Virus record (IMG/VR): IMGVR_UViG_3300044856_000216
Coordinates: 1-64,000 of that record
DNA: 64,000 nt
Reading direction: 5' to 3' (one strand)
From: a virus
The notes beneath the pieces were generated by a model. That model saw only the letters and a program-made list of their open reading frames with translations, made no database searches and was not told where the DNA came from. Shown in pieces: positions 36,537 through 45,148 of the stretch (positions are counted from its first letter, which is position 1; each line of letters starts with the position of its first letter). The position numbers and the translations under genes are program-made.

Positions 36537-36767
36537 CTATATTCCAATATGAAATTGTTCATAGATTTTATTCATTTTTTCAATAATTTTTCTATTCATA
36601 ATTTCCTGATCCATCAACTCTTCTACAATTTTTGCAGTAGCATACTGCGTCTGACTTCTAAGAATTTTACAAGCATTTTTCTTATATTCTTCTAAATCTT
36701 CTATAGAAGCACTTGACAGCATTGTATTTTCATTTGTTAATCCTTGCATTACTGATGGTGTTATCAT
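36537..36767 (-). CDS. Hypothetical protein
   Basis: Co-oriented ORF. No family recognised. Confidence 0.4.
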   Translation of the reverse strand: MITPSVMQGLTNENTMLSSASIEDLEEYKKNACKILRSQTQYATAKIVEELMDQEIMNRKIIEKMNKIYEQFHIGI

Positions 36768-37027
36768 TTATTTCTGCACCTTTCTTCAAAATCTTCTACT
36801 AGATTATTCTCTTTTATAACTTGAATTGCTTTGTTAAATCTCATAGCCAAATCATCATATTTGAATTTTAACTTTTCATAAGCTGGCTTATATTCAATAC
36901 CATCCTTCATTGTATCTAATACAATGTCCAACATTTCCGCAATAAAAGAAGGTCTTTTTACAATTTCATCATAATTTGGAATTTGTGATTCTGTACTATA
37001 ATTTTTCCACTCATCAGGATAATTCAT
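36764..37027 (-). CDS. Hypothetical protein
   Basis: ATG 37027 (MNYPDEW) lies behind GGAGGCGACAAATT. Confidence 0.45.
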   Translation of the reverse strand: MNYPDEWKNYSTESQIPNYDEIVKRPSFIAEMLDIVLDTMKDGIEYKPAYEKLKFKYDDLAMRFNKAIQVIKENNLVEDFEERCRNK

Positions 37028-37072
37028 AATTTGTCGCCTCCACACGAAACCGATATTTCTTGTCCATTTTGT

Positions 37073-37117
37073 TACTATATATAGTAGTTTAAATTTATCT
37101 AACCACTATATATAGTG
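37073..37117. promoter_or_regulatory. Pair of 14-bp perfect palindromes (TACTATATATAGTA at 37073-37086, CACTATATATAGTG at 37104-37117); operator-like
   Basis: Both are exact palindromes sharing the core ACTATATATAGT. Their centres are 31 bp apart, in a 100-bp intergenic gap. Confidence 0.5.
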
Positions 37118-37145
37118 TACTATTTTTCAATTTTTCTATATATTG

Positions 37146-37505
37146 TTATTCGCCTTTTATTCTGCAACCACCGTAGTCTCTATACCCATAATATTCTTCA
37201 AGAGATTTACTTGTCATAGTAGCCATTTCACATTTTGTACCTAATAATTCCTCAAGTACAAATGGGAGTTCATCAATTAAAACATGTTCTGGTTTCTTAT
37301 CAATTTTATCGCACCAAAAATCATCATCTAAAAATTCTGCAACTGTATAAACAGTTATTTTCTTATTTGTGATTTTTTCTGCACGTCTTTCAATATCTCT
37401 CTTCGTAGTTCTACGCAACGTAATAATTGGATAACCTGTTTTAACAGCTTCAATAATAATATTTGTTGTCTTACCACGACCTCTTGGTAAATTCATAATT
37501 TCCAT
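37146..37505 (-). CDS. Small protein with an RGRGKT P-loop-like N-terminus
   Basis: MNLPRGRGKTTNIIIEAVKTGYPII. Its N-terminus is similar to that of 46577..47083. Confidence 0.45.
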   Translation of the reverse strand: MEIMNLPRGRGKTTNIIIEAVKTGYPIITLRRTTKRDIERRAEKITNKKITVYTVAEFLDDDFWCDKIDKKPEHVLIDELPFVLEELLGTKCEMATMTSKSLEEYYGYRDYGGCRIKGE

Positions 37506-37554
37506 ATATTTATTCTCCTTTCAATTTCATAAGAAGCGATAAATTCCTACTTAT

Positions 37555-37830
37555 TTATTCTCTGTTCTTAGAATCCCATTTAATAAAATCTTCTAAATCA
37601 TATTCACCAGATTCTTCTTCCTTAATCTCAGGAACAAATACGTTATAATTACCTTCATTATGGTCATGTTCAATAATTTGTTTCAACATTTCATACATAT
37701 TTGTAATTCCTAACTGATATGCTCTCTTCTCGCCTTCAGTCATTCCGTCACAAATTTCATCATTCTTGTTTTCTAATAGATCCTTATATTTTTCTAAGCT
37801 TTCTACGATTAATAAAAATTCTTCGTTCAT
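37555..37830 (-). CDS. Hypothetical protein
   Basis: Co-oriented ORF. No family recognised. Confidence 0.45.
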   Translation of the reverse strand: MNEEFLLIVESLEKYKDLLENKNDEICDGMTEGEKRAYQLGITNMYEMLKQIIEHDHNEGNYNVFVPEIKEEESGEYDLEDFIKWDSKNRE

Positions 37831-37845
37831 TTATATATTCTCCCT

Positions 37846-38112
37846 TTACCATGTAAGTTTCTCTGTTACGAGAATAGGTGCAAACCCTGATTTTTCATAA
37901 TCGTGGTTACGTTCATATTCCTGAATTAATGCCATCGCAGTCTTTTTATTTACTGCTCTAACAGCCTGTTTAATATCATCTACAAATTCATCATCTACAC
38001 CTAAAAATACTGTATCTGTGTCAATATCTCCAATACCTGCTTTTGCTCTAAATGTACCTTTGTCTCTTGTTCCAAGTTTAATTAGTACATAAAATTCATT
38101 TTCAATCTTCAT
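37846..38112 (-). CDS. Hypothetical protein
   Basis: Start moved to ATG 38112 (MKIENEF). It overlaps the upstream stop by 11 nt. Confidence 0.45.
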   Translation of the reverse strand: MKIENEFYVLIKLGTRDKGTFRAKAGIGDIDTDTVFLGVDDEFVDDIKQAVRAVNKKTAMALIQEYERNHDYEKSGFAPILVTEKLTW

Positions 38113-38524
38113 CAACCTTCTCATCCTCGCCTTTCTGTAATAATGTGACACTCATTTTTACGATAATATCTGTTCCTGACAAATAGCATTCAGATAAATA
38201 TACAATCGGCATGTTGGCATCATCATAAGATCTGTTATATAATTCTTCTTTGATAATATTCTCCATAAAATCATACACTGTTTTATATGTACAGTTATTT
38301 GTTGGAAGAGTATATCTTTTTCTATTTTTCCATAAATCTATTCTCTCTTTTGTATACGGATTGTATGCTTCATCAGAATCGCCAAACCACGCATATCTAC
38401 ATTCCAAGTGTGCAATTAAATTCTTATCAATTTCTCCCAAGGTATTTTGAATTGCGTCCTGTACAATGCTTTCAATCAAATTAGTTCTTGAATCTTTATC
38501 GAAAATTATATTCTTGCTATCCAT
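38102..38524 (-). CDS. Hypothetical protein
   Basis: Co-oriented ORF. No family recognised. Confidence 0.5.
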   Translation of the reverse strand: MDSKNIIFDKDSRTNLIESIVQDAIQNTLGEIDKNLIAHLECRYAWFGDSDEAYNPYTKERIDLWKNRKRYTLPTNNCTYKTVYDFMENIIKEELYNRSYDDANMPIVYLSECYLSGTDIIVKMSVTLLQKGEDEKVDED

Positions 38525-38854
38525 TTATTCCCCTCTTACAGTCACATCAGTTCGTCTATCATAAGCCCAATCAACATCAAACGAAGTCATGCTATCTGTA
38601 CTGACTACTTCGCCATTTTTAATTACAACTGGCTTACCTCTATATGGGACGAACACCATACATTCCATATCTTCACTATTTGCATACGACTTGAATATCG
38701 CCTGCAATATTCTATCCTGTTGTTCAATTATTGCTTTATATTCACTCAGATTTTTAGAAATATCCAAATATCTACTATATGAAGCTTCACTTAAAAATCG
38801 AATATCAGTTTTAATCTTTTCAAGTGTTTCTAAAATTTTACTTAATGTTTTCAT
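38525..38854 (-). CDS. Hypothetical protein
   Basis: Co-oriented ORF ending ...RGE-stop, which forms the SD of the next gene. Confidence 0.5.
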   Translation of the reverse strand: MKTLSKILETLEKIKTDIRFLSEASYSRYLDISKNLSEYKAIIEQQDRILQAIFKSYANSEDMECMVFVPYRGKPVVIKNGEVVSTDSMTSFDVDWAYDRRTDVTVRGE

Positions 38855-38884
38855 ATATTCATTCTCCTCTCAACTTCTCTAAAA

Positions 38885-39097
38885 TTAAAACAAATTAATA
38901 TCTTCTATATTTTTAGCCCATGCATACGCAACATATAATTGTCCATTAAAAATTCCATAAACAGGATGATTCCTATGTTCAAAATAATCTAAACAATAAA
39001 GCATCTCATTTTTTAAATCGTTTAAATCCTGTCCAACATCAACCTTACAAATTGTTGTATGTTCTCTCATTAATATCTCCTTAAATTCTCTGTTCAA
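38885..39097 (-). CDS. Hypothetical protein
   Basis: Co-oriented ORF. No family recognised. Confidence 0.4.
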   Translation of the reverse strand: MNREFKEILMREHTTICKVDVGQDLNDLKNEMLYCLDYFEHRNHPVYGIFNGQLYVAYAWAKNIEDINLF

Positions 39098-39121
39098 TTT
39101 CGCAAGAACCGATAATTCTTC

Positions 39122-39703
39122 TTAATCATGGATATCAAGCACTGTAATAAATCCATCCATATTATCTGTTATAGCCTGTTTATATTTTTCATCGAATTTT
39201 TCATCTTTGATAATATCTTTACCATTCCATGAATCTCTTGCAATAGCTGAACCGTCAGGAAGAATACATATGTAACATCCAAGCTTGTTAATATTTAAAA
39301 CATCGCCTTGTTTTGCTCCATCAACAAGAATATATCCATCGCCAAAACCCATATTCATAAACCAATCTTCCTCATGGTACATCCATTCAGGTGTAATATT
39401 CTCTTTTAATGTTGATAAAAGACTTGACCAAAACAATCTGCCGTTTCTATCTTGTCTGTCATAATAACCCCAATTATAATATTCACTATTTGTAGATCCT
39501 TCTTTATCTACTTTTAGTTTTAATTCAGCCTTGTACCTGCCACCGATTCGATAGTAATCCCATGTAAAAACTGGATAATCAATCTGTTCGTCTTCTTCAT
39601 CATCTGAGCCATATACAAGTTCTGAATTATATGGCTTCATAATTTCTGCAATTTTATTCTCACTTGGTAATTCTTTTGTGAGTAAATGAACACAATAATG
39701 CAT
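39122..39703 (-). CDS. Hypothetical protein
   Basis: Co-oriented ORF. AGGAGGTGAAATTAA lies before the ATG. Confidence 0.5.
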   Translation of the reverse strand: MHYCVHLLTKELPSENKIAEIMKPYNSELVYGSDDEEDEQIDYPVFTWDYYRIGGRYKAELKLKVDKEGSTNSEYYNWGYYDRQDRNGRLFWSSLLSTLKENITPEWMYHEEDWFMNMGFGDGYILVDGAKQGDVLNINKLGCYICILPDGSAIARDSWNGKDIIKDEKFDEKYKQAITDNMDGFITVLDIHD

Positions 39704-39768
39704 TTAATTTCACCTCCTACTCTTATATTTTCCTTTTAAATTCCGCAAGAAAAACCGATATGCCAAGT

Positions 39769-40377
39769 CTACTCTTCCTCATCAAAACCACAGATTTTAC
39801 TAATATCTTCGAGGAAATCTTTTTCGTCAGGAAGACTACTAAGACTATATTCTGTAACAAATTTAACAGGATAATATTCTTTGGGATTTTCTCGATACTC
39901 TTTCTCTGCAATCGGTGTTAAAAAATAAAACCTTTCAGATTCATCTAGTGGTTCTTTATTAAAACCTTCGTATACTTCATAAGTATTCTTATCCAAATCA
40001 ATAACATAAGCCCACTCACAGAAAAGACTATCTGCTGCAAAATTTAATGAGTTTTGCAACTTTGTTTTATTCTTAAACATAATTAGCTCTAAAATATCTC
40101 CACCTGTATCTCTTGATAATTCTGGATAAAACTTCTGCCAAGAAAATCTTGGATTATCCTTCCTTGCTTCATCAATATTCTTATTTATCTCATCAAAATC
40201 TTCCTTAGACAAATATGTACAATCATTTACTGCATTTCTTAATTCGTTAATATTTATCCCTTTAAGATATTTAAGCAACTGTACGCCTAAACCTTCAGGA
40301 TACCCATCCCACTGTCCATACTGTGCAACTTTATATTCGCCATTACTATATACAATTGTTAAATTTCGTGTTCCCAT
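39769..40377 (-). CDS. Hypothetical protein
   Basis: Co-oriented ORF. AGGAGGTACAA lies before the ATG. Confidence 0.5.
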   Translation of the reverse strand: MGTRNLTIVYSNGEYKVAQYGQWDGYPEGLGVQLLKYLKGININELRNAVNDCTYLSKEDFDEINKNIDEARKDNPRFSWQKFYPELSRDTGGDILELIMFKNKTKLQNSLNFAADSLFCEWAYVIDLDKNTYEVYEGFNKEPLDESERFYFLTPIAEKEYRENPKEYYPVKFVTEYSLSSLPDEKDFLEDISKICGFDEEE

Positions 40378-40435
40378 TTGTACCTCCTGTTCTTATATTC
40401 TCTGTAAAAATTTCCAAAAGAACGAATCTTTCTTC

Positions 40436-41413
40436 TTATCTATTCTTTTTATAATCCTGAACCAAGTTACCACAGCATAATGGTAATTCTGCTTTAGCAG
40501 CTACATCTACAACTACCTTTAGACCACAGCTCTCAACCTTTTCTTTAATCTTATTCATATTCTCCCAATTCCACTGAATTGCATCTTCAAGACCATGCTC
40601 CTTAGTAGCTGTCGTTGTGTTAAGAGGTGTAATTTTAACACAAAACACATTCGGATCAAGACCATATAGCTTGTTTGGATCAAGCTCCCATCCTGCTCCA
40701 CAAATAAAGTTCAGAGTGATAAGTCTATTGTTATTCGGCATATTATTAAACTCTTTCTTCATCTCTTCGATAGTTACAACATCAGCACCACCAAACAGAT
40801 ACCTTCTCTCATCCTCATTTGTGCTATTTGTTGAAATTTGAATATGCATAAACCCGTCAAGATACTCTTTTACAGGCATAACCTCGTCTTTCAGAACATC
40901 AACTGGACTCTTGCCAAATACTTTCACTTTAGGCAGAATTGTGTTGTAGCAAGGCAAGAAAGTAAATCCATCTCTATAAGTTTTCATATCTCTCATTACC
41001 TGTAAAATATTTTTCCAGTTATATTGTGGCTCTCCCATACGTGCAAAGCCCACCTTAATCTTGTCGCTATTTGTAACCTGTGGATGCTGATTAAATACAA
41101 ATTCAAGCTGCTCCCACATTTCTTCTGTAGAAAGATTTCCGTGAAATCCTAACTCTGGTACTAAACAGAACTGACAATGCTGTGGACATCCGTACTGTGT
41201 ACTAATCGCTGTAAGCCACTTTTCCTCAAACGGAACGAGATTCTTTTTAATCAAATCTACATCATCTGTCATAATGATTTCCTGAGATTTTCCTTTTGTA
41301 TTTACGTCCTGCATAGAAGTAGTTTCAATATAGAAATTCTTTTCTTTGTTATAAAGAACATAAACACTACCACTTGGATATGCGTACTCTTTTACTAATT
41401 CAAAATGTTTCAT
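40436..41413 (-). CDS. RlmN/Cfr-like radical SAM methyltransferase
   Basis: AISTQYGCPQHCQFCLVPELGFHGNLSTEEMWEQ resembles RlmN vSsQvGC...C.FC.T...GF.RNL...EI..Q. Also ARMGEP, ISTNSTNEDERR (compare ISLHAPNDEIRD) and C-terminal CCGNL (compare ACGQL). Start ATG 41413 lies behind AAAGGAGAGAATTAAAA. Confidence 0.65.
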   Translation of the reverse strand: MKHFELVKEYAYPSGSVYVLYNKEKNFYIETTSMQDVNTKGKSQEIIMTDDVDLIKKNLVPFEEKWLTAISTQYGCPQHCQFCLVPELGFHGNLSTEEMWEQLEFVFNQHPQVTNSDKIKVGFARMGEPQYNWKNILQVMRDMKTYRDGFTFLPCYNTILPKVKVFGKSPVDVLKDEVMPVKEYLDGFMHIQISTNSTNEDERRYLFGGADVVTIEEMKKEFNNMPNNNRLITLNFICGAGWELDPNKLYGLDPNVFCVKITPLNTTTATKEHGLEDAIQWNWENMNKIKEKVESCGLKVVVDVAAKAELPLCCGNLVQDYKKNR

Positions 41414-41780
41414 TTTTAATTCTCTCCTTTGTCTTATATAAAATTTTATAAGCTGCACTTAAACCCGCTCTATCGTCTAACATAATGTTGTAATAGATTT
41501 TATTGCCAGTGAAAGGAATATAAGGTGGTGAGGCATTTATGTAATCAATATGAATTCCAACCTCTATACATTTATTCTCCATAAATTCAAATTTTGATTC
41601 GTCACAACATGTACTGAGAATCAATGTACATCCCATATCTTTACATTCTCTTTATAGAGTAATAACTTTGTCATACCTATATCCTTTGTCATAATAATCA
41701 AAAATTGTATTATCAAAATCAAATGCAATTATTATTCCATTGTGTAGTTTCCAATTTTCAACCAAGCGATCTATACACAT
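41400..41780 (-). pseudogene. Small HAD-superfamily phosphatase interrupted by an in-frame TAA (41652-41654)
   Basis: N-terminal part MCIDRLVENWKLHNGIIIAFDFDNTIFDYYDKGYRYDKVITL carries motif I (DxDxT). The TAA follows, then in the same frame RECKDMGCTLILSTC...GNKIYYNIMLDDRAG carries motifs II-IV. Confidence 0.6.
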
Positions 41781-41799
41781 ATCATCATTAAGATATGGA

Positions 41800-42531
41800 T
41801 CAACCACAATATTGTTCAATTTCTTCATATTTCTTCATCCACACCTTTCTATCATTCTCTGTATAACCAAAGAAATATGGATAAAGCTTGTTATTGGTTG
41901 TGAAATAGTAATGATGATATTCACCATCTGGTAAGAACATAACACCTGGAATATTGATTGTATCTTTGATTTTTAAGAAGTTCTGATATGCATTTTTATT
42001 ACCAAACATCTGTCTAAACGTAATCTGCTTAACACCAATATTGTGCATCTTGTTTATGTAATCAAGACAATCTTCTGTAGTCATTCTTTCATTTAGTACA
42101 TTGATAACTCTCAACTTAGTAGTTTTCTCAATCTCAGGTAATATAACTTGCAATTGCTCCATTGCTTTTGTATCATAAGACTCAATGCTTAAAGCAATTT
42201 TTCTAAACTTTTTAATCAAATCCATATCTGTAGGAAGAATACGAGTATGTATATCTAACTTCTTTCCATATTTTGCAGCCAATTCATACACATGATTGTA
42301 AAAATCAATATTATTCTGCCAATCATAAAATGGATCTCCACCACCTGATAGATTAACAGTAGGTGCATTTGATTCAGAAATACACTTCTCTAAATACTCC
42401 CAATCTATTTTATTTTTATCAGTTACTGCATTTTGTAAAATCGGATGATGTTTTGTAATACAATATTTACAATGACAATCACACCCAAAATTTGTTATCA
42501 CAGTAAAACCTCTGTTCTGCTCTGTATACAT
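41800..42531 (-). CDS. Radical SAM enzyme, function unknown
   Basis: FGCDCHCKYC (CX3CX2C) and NLSGGGDPF. Confidence 0.6.
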   Translation of the reverse strand: MYTEQNRGFTVITNFGCDCHCKYCITKHHPILQNAVTDKNKIDWEYLEKCISESNAPTVNLSGGGDPFYDWQNNIDFYNHVYELAAKYGKKLDIHTRILPTDMDLIKKFRKIALSIESYDTKAMEQLQVILPEIEKTTKLRVINVLNERMTTEDCLDYINKMHNIGVKQITFRQMFGNKNAYQNFLKIKDTINIPGVMFLPDGEYHHYYFTTNNKLYPYFFGYTENDRKVWMKKYEEIEQYCG

Positions 42532-42549
42532 ACTCTATGTCCTTTCTTA

Positions 42550-43281
42550 TTATTCCTCTGAATATTTACTCCAATCAATCTCTACATACTGCTTATAACA
42601 AGGATAGTATGTAGTCGCTCCCATCTGTTCTTTACACCAATCATCTAACAAATTTTGCAGACTACCAATATCACATTGTTCATAAGCATCTTCATGTAAC
42701 TCTTCACAAGCATTATCGGCTACATTATCGGCATCAATATGAATCTTCTCTACACTACATACCCATAATCTCACAGGTTTTATATATACTTCCTTATCTA
42801 TATAGTTCACTGCATAATCATCAAAGAAATCGTCAACTGTATCGTAATACTCGTCAAATTCCTCACAGTAAAGCATTGTGTTTACATCTTTTTCATCAAC
42901 AGCTACTGCATTTGCTACTTTCTCATTCCACTTCTTTATTCTCTCCTCTTCATCAATTTTCTTTTGTCCTTCACAGTCGCAATGTAAATAAGCCTGATTT
43001 TTATAAGGTTGTCCACAATAAGGACACAATCGCTGCACTCCATTAAAACAACTCTGGCAAAATGAAAGTGATTGATGCTTGTATGGAAAATGATATTTTC
43101 TGCCAACTTCGGATGTGTCACCTTTAATTCCATAAACATTGTCTTCTATTCTCATTCCAAGACCATTGCAGACAGGACAAATTCTTTCATGCTCTGTAAG
43201 ATCTTTGATTAGAATTTTAGGAAACGATTTTTGAATTGCTTCATAAAGATTTATTTCTTCTCTACATGTTAAATTATTCAT
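42550..43281 (-). CDS. Zinc-finger protein
   Basis: CPVCNGLG, CQSC and CPYCGQ motifs. AGGAGAATAACTAT lies before the ATG. Confidence 0.5.
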   Translation of the reverse strand: MNNLTCREEINLYEAIQKSFPKILIKDLTEHERICPVCNGLGMRIEDNVYGIKGDTSEVGRKYHFPYKHQSLSFCQSCFNGVQRLCPYCGQPYKNQAYLHCDCEGQKKIDEEERIKKWNEKVANAVAVDEKDVNTMLYCEEFDEYYDTVDDFFDDYAVNYIDKEVYIKPVRLWVCSVEKIHIDADNVADNACEELHEDAYEQCDIGSLQNLLDDWCKEQMGATTYYPCYKQYVEIDWSKYSEE

Positions 43282-43293
43282 ATAGTTATTCTC

Positions 43294-43488
43294 CTATGCA
43301 TAATCTTCTGGATGTTCTTTATAGTCATCTACTACACTTTTCATATACCTATAATAATCTCTTACAGAATCACTACTTTCAGAAAACCCACTTGTAACTT
43401 CGTATCCATTATCGAACACTGCAAATGTTAAGAAACCTTCATCACATCGTCTTACTTCTATGTCACAACCTCTATATTTACCCTTCAT
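43294..43488 (-). CDS. Hypothetical protein
   Basis: Start moved to ATG 43488 (MKGKYRGC) behind GGAGAATAACACT. This avoids overlap with 43493..43681. Confidence 0.45.
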   Translation of the reverse strand: MKGKYRGCDIEVRRCDEGFLTFAVFDNGYEVTSGFSESSDSVRDYYRYMKSVVDDYKEHPEDYA

Positions 43489-43492
43489 AGTG

Positions 43493-43681
43493 TTATTCTC
43501 CACTGTCCAATATTTCAACATCAATACAAAATAAATCGTGTAAATTTTTAATCTGCTCATCAGTTGGTTTCTTCCATGCCATTGTTTCATCCACATTAAT
43601 CGCTATAGCACCACCACATAGCTTAATTTTCGCAATGACTTTGGGATTAATACTATAATTTATTTTTACTAATTGTGTCAT
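43493..43681 (-). CDS. Hypothetical protein
   Basis: AGGAGAATAAATAC lies before the ATG. Ends ...SGE-stop. Confidence 0.45.
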   Translation of the reverse strand: MTQLVKINYSINPKVIAKIKLCGGAIAINVDETMAWKKPTDEQIKNLHDLFCIDVEILDSGE

Positions 43682-43693
43682 GTATTTATTCTC

Positions 43694-43849
43694 CTAATCA
43701 TCTTTATCTATAATGAACCAATATAAGAAACTTAAAAGTGTAAAAGTGATTCCAAGCATCTTATTTTCTACTTGATAAGAATACATCGTTACACCACTAC
43801 AGAACCACACCAAAAGAAATGCAATTGCTTGTCTATAATACTTTTTCAT
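43694..43849 (-). CDS. Small membrane protein (51 aa)
   Basis: GGAGGTGTGAA SD. MKKYYRQAIAFLLVWFCSGV...GITFTLLSFLYWFII has two TM segments. Below the ORF-track cutoff. Confidence 0.45.
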   Translation of the reverse strand: MKKYYRQAIAFLLVWFCSGVTMYSYQVENKMLGITFTLLSFLYWFIIDKDD

Positions 43850-43956
43850 TTCACACCTCCTATATGGAACTCAATCATGTCGTCATCCCAATCCGAAGGA
43901 AAGTCCATTGGAAGATTTATTATCCACTGTATAGTTTTGGTTTGTCTGCCTGACAT
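43846..43956 (-). CDS. Small protein (36 aa)
   Basis: GGAGAACAAC SD before ATG 43956. Its stop overlaps the next start (ATGA). Confidence 0.35.
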   Translation of the reverse strand: MSGRQTKTIQWIINLPMDFPSDWDDDMIEFHIGGVK

Positions 43957-43965
43957 GTTGTTCTC

Positions 43966-44289
43966 CTACTCTTTCGCAATTCCAACACCACTTACATGAA
44001 AACTTGTAACTTTACCATCAACCATTTCAACACTTTCTTCTGTACCACCATGCCAAACAAGACCAACGCCTGTGATATACATACCATTTTTATCCTCAAT
44101 CAATTCAACTTCTTGTGCTACTCCAATAGAAAGAAACCGACCATCATTACATGGCATTTCAATTGGAATATTCTTTACATTTTTATAAGCATTTCTAATT
44201 GCTTCTTTGGAATATATGACACCGTTCAAATCAGGTTTATCAACTGGAATTGGAATTTTAAATGTTACTTCTATATTCTCTGTTCTCAT
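43966..44289 (-). CDS. Hypothetical protein
   Basis: Start moved to ATG 44289 (MRTENIEV), just after the upstream stop at 44294. Confidence 0.45.
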   Translation of the reverse strand: MRTENIEVTFKIPIPVDKPDLNGVIYSKEAIRNAYKNVKNIPIEMPCNDGRFLSIGVAQEVELIEDKNGMYITGVGLVWHGGTEESVEMVDGKVTSFHVSGVGIAKE

Positions 44290-44293
44290 GTAT

Positions 44294-44662
44294 TTATCCC
44301 CTATTTCTTTTATGCTCTTTATATAAAGCATTTAATTCCTGTTCTAATTTCTTTTTCTCCATAGGATTCTTACAATACTTTATTCTCTTCTTAAGAGTAG
44401 ATATATCTTGTTTTGGTGATTCAGGAACAGGTGCTAGATCATCTAAAAGGTCAAATTCTTTAGCTGGCTTAAGTAAATCTTTAAACCAGTCTCCTTGTGA
44501 CTCTACCTTTAAATCCTTATATTCTTGTTCAAGCTCATTTTGTATTCGAGCTTCTATCGTTGCACTTATCATTTTTCCTATTTTGTCCATCTGCTGACCA
44601 ACTATTAAGGCTTTTGTAGCATCACTTATTAATTTATCATGTAACTCTGAAATATTAATCAC
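44294..44662 (-). CDS. Hypothetical protein
   Basis: Co-oriented ORF. No family recognised. Confidence 0.5.
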   Translation of the reverse strand: MINISELHDKLISDATKALIVGQQMDKIGKMISATIEARIQNELEQEYKDLKVESQGDWFKDLLKPAKEFDLLDDLAPVPESPKQDISTLKKRIKYCKNPMEKKKLEQELNALYKEHKRNRG

Positions 44663-44705
44663 CTCGTTTTACTCTATGTTGTAGCCTTTAAATAGTGTTG
44701 TTCTC

Positions 44706-44906
44706 CTATGCACCTGTATTTGCTGTTAAAACACACTGTTCTTCGTTCATATCAATTTCTGTAATAGTAATCTCTTGACACTTCTTGAAGTCATCTGAAC
44801 TTACTCTTGCTTTTCTTTCAGCATGTCTTTCATCTTGTGCGATAATTACCATTGCGTAATCTTGACACCAATCTCTTGCAGGTCGTTCTACTAAATATGC
44901 TTTCAT
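44706..44906 (-). CDS. Hypothetical protein
   Basis: Co-oriented ORF. No family recognised. Confidence 0.4.
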   Translation of the reverse strand: MKAYLVERPARDWCQDYAMVIIAQDERHAERKARVSSDDFKKCQEITITEIDMNEEQCVLTANTGA

Positions 44907-44910
44907 ATCG

Positions 44911-45108
44911 TTATTCCTCTAAATTTTCACCACATAACGGACAAAATTTTATTTTTAACATTGCCGATGCATATTCACCACCTGAACTATCAGCAAATAA
45001 TGTGTTATTATAATAATGTCTATCAATAGAAAAATTTCCTATTTGACAAATATCTCTATTACTTTCCCAGCTAATCTTTTGTCCCTCTTCACAAAATTTA
45101 CACATCAC
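44911..45108 (-). CDS. Small zinc-ribbon protein
   Basis: CKFCEEG...CPLCGE. Confidence 0.4.
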   Translation of the reverse strand: MMCKFCEEGQKISWESNRDICQIGNFSIDRHYYNNTLFADSSGGEYASAMLKIKFCPLCGENLEE

Positions 45109-45148
45109 TTATACCTCCAATCTGTCTAAAGGAAAGAAAAATTTCTTG

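Noticed and set aside
41652-41654. Genome-wide stop-codon reassignment (TAA read as sense)
   Set aside because: Only one convincing in-domain TAA was found. Most ORFs in the window terminate on TAA and tile without gaps under the standard code.
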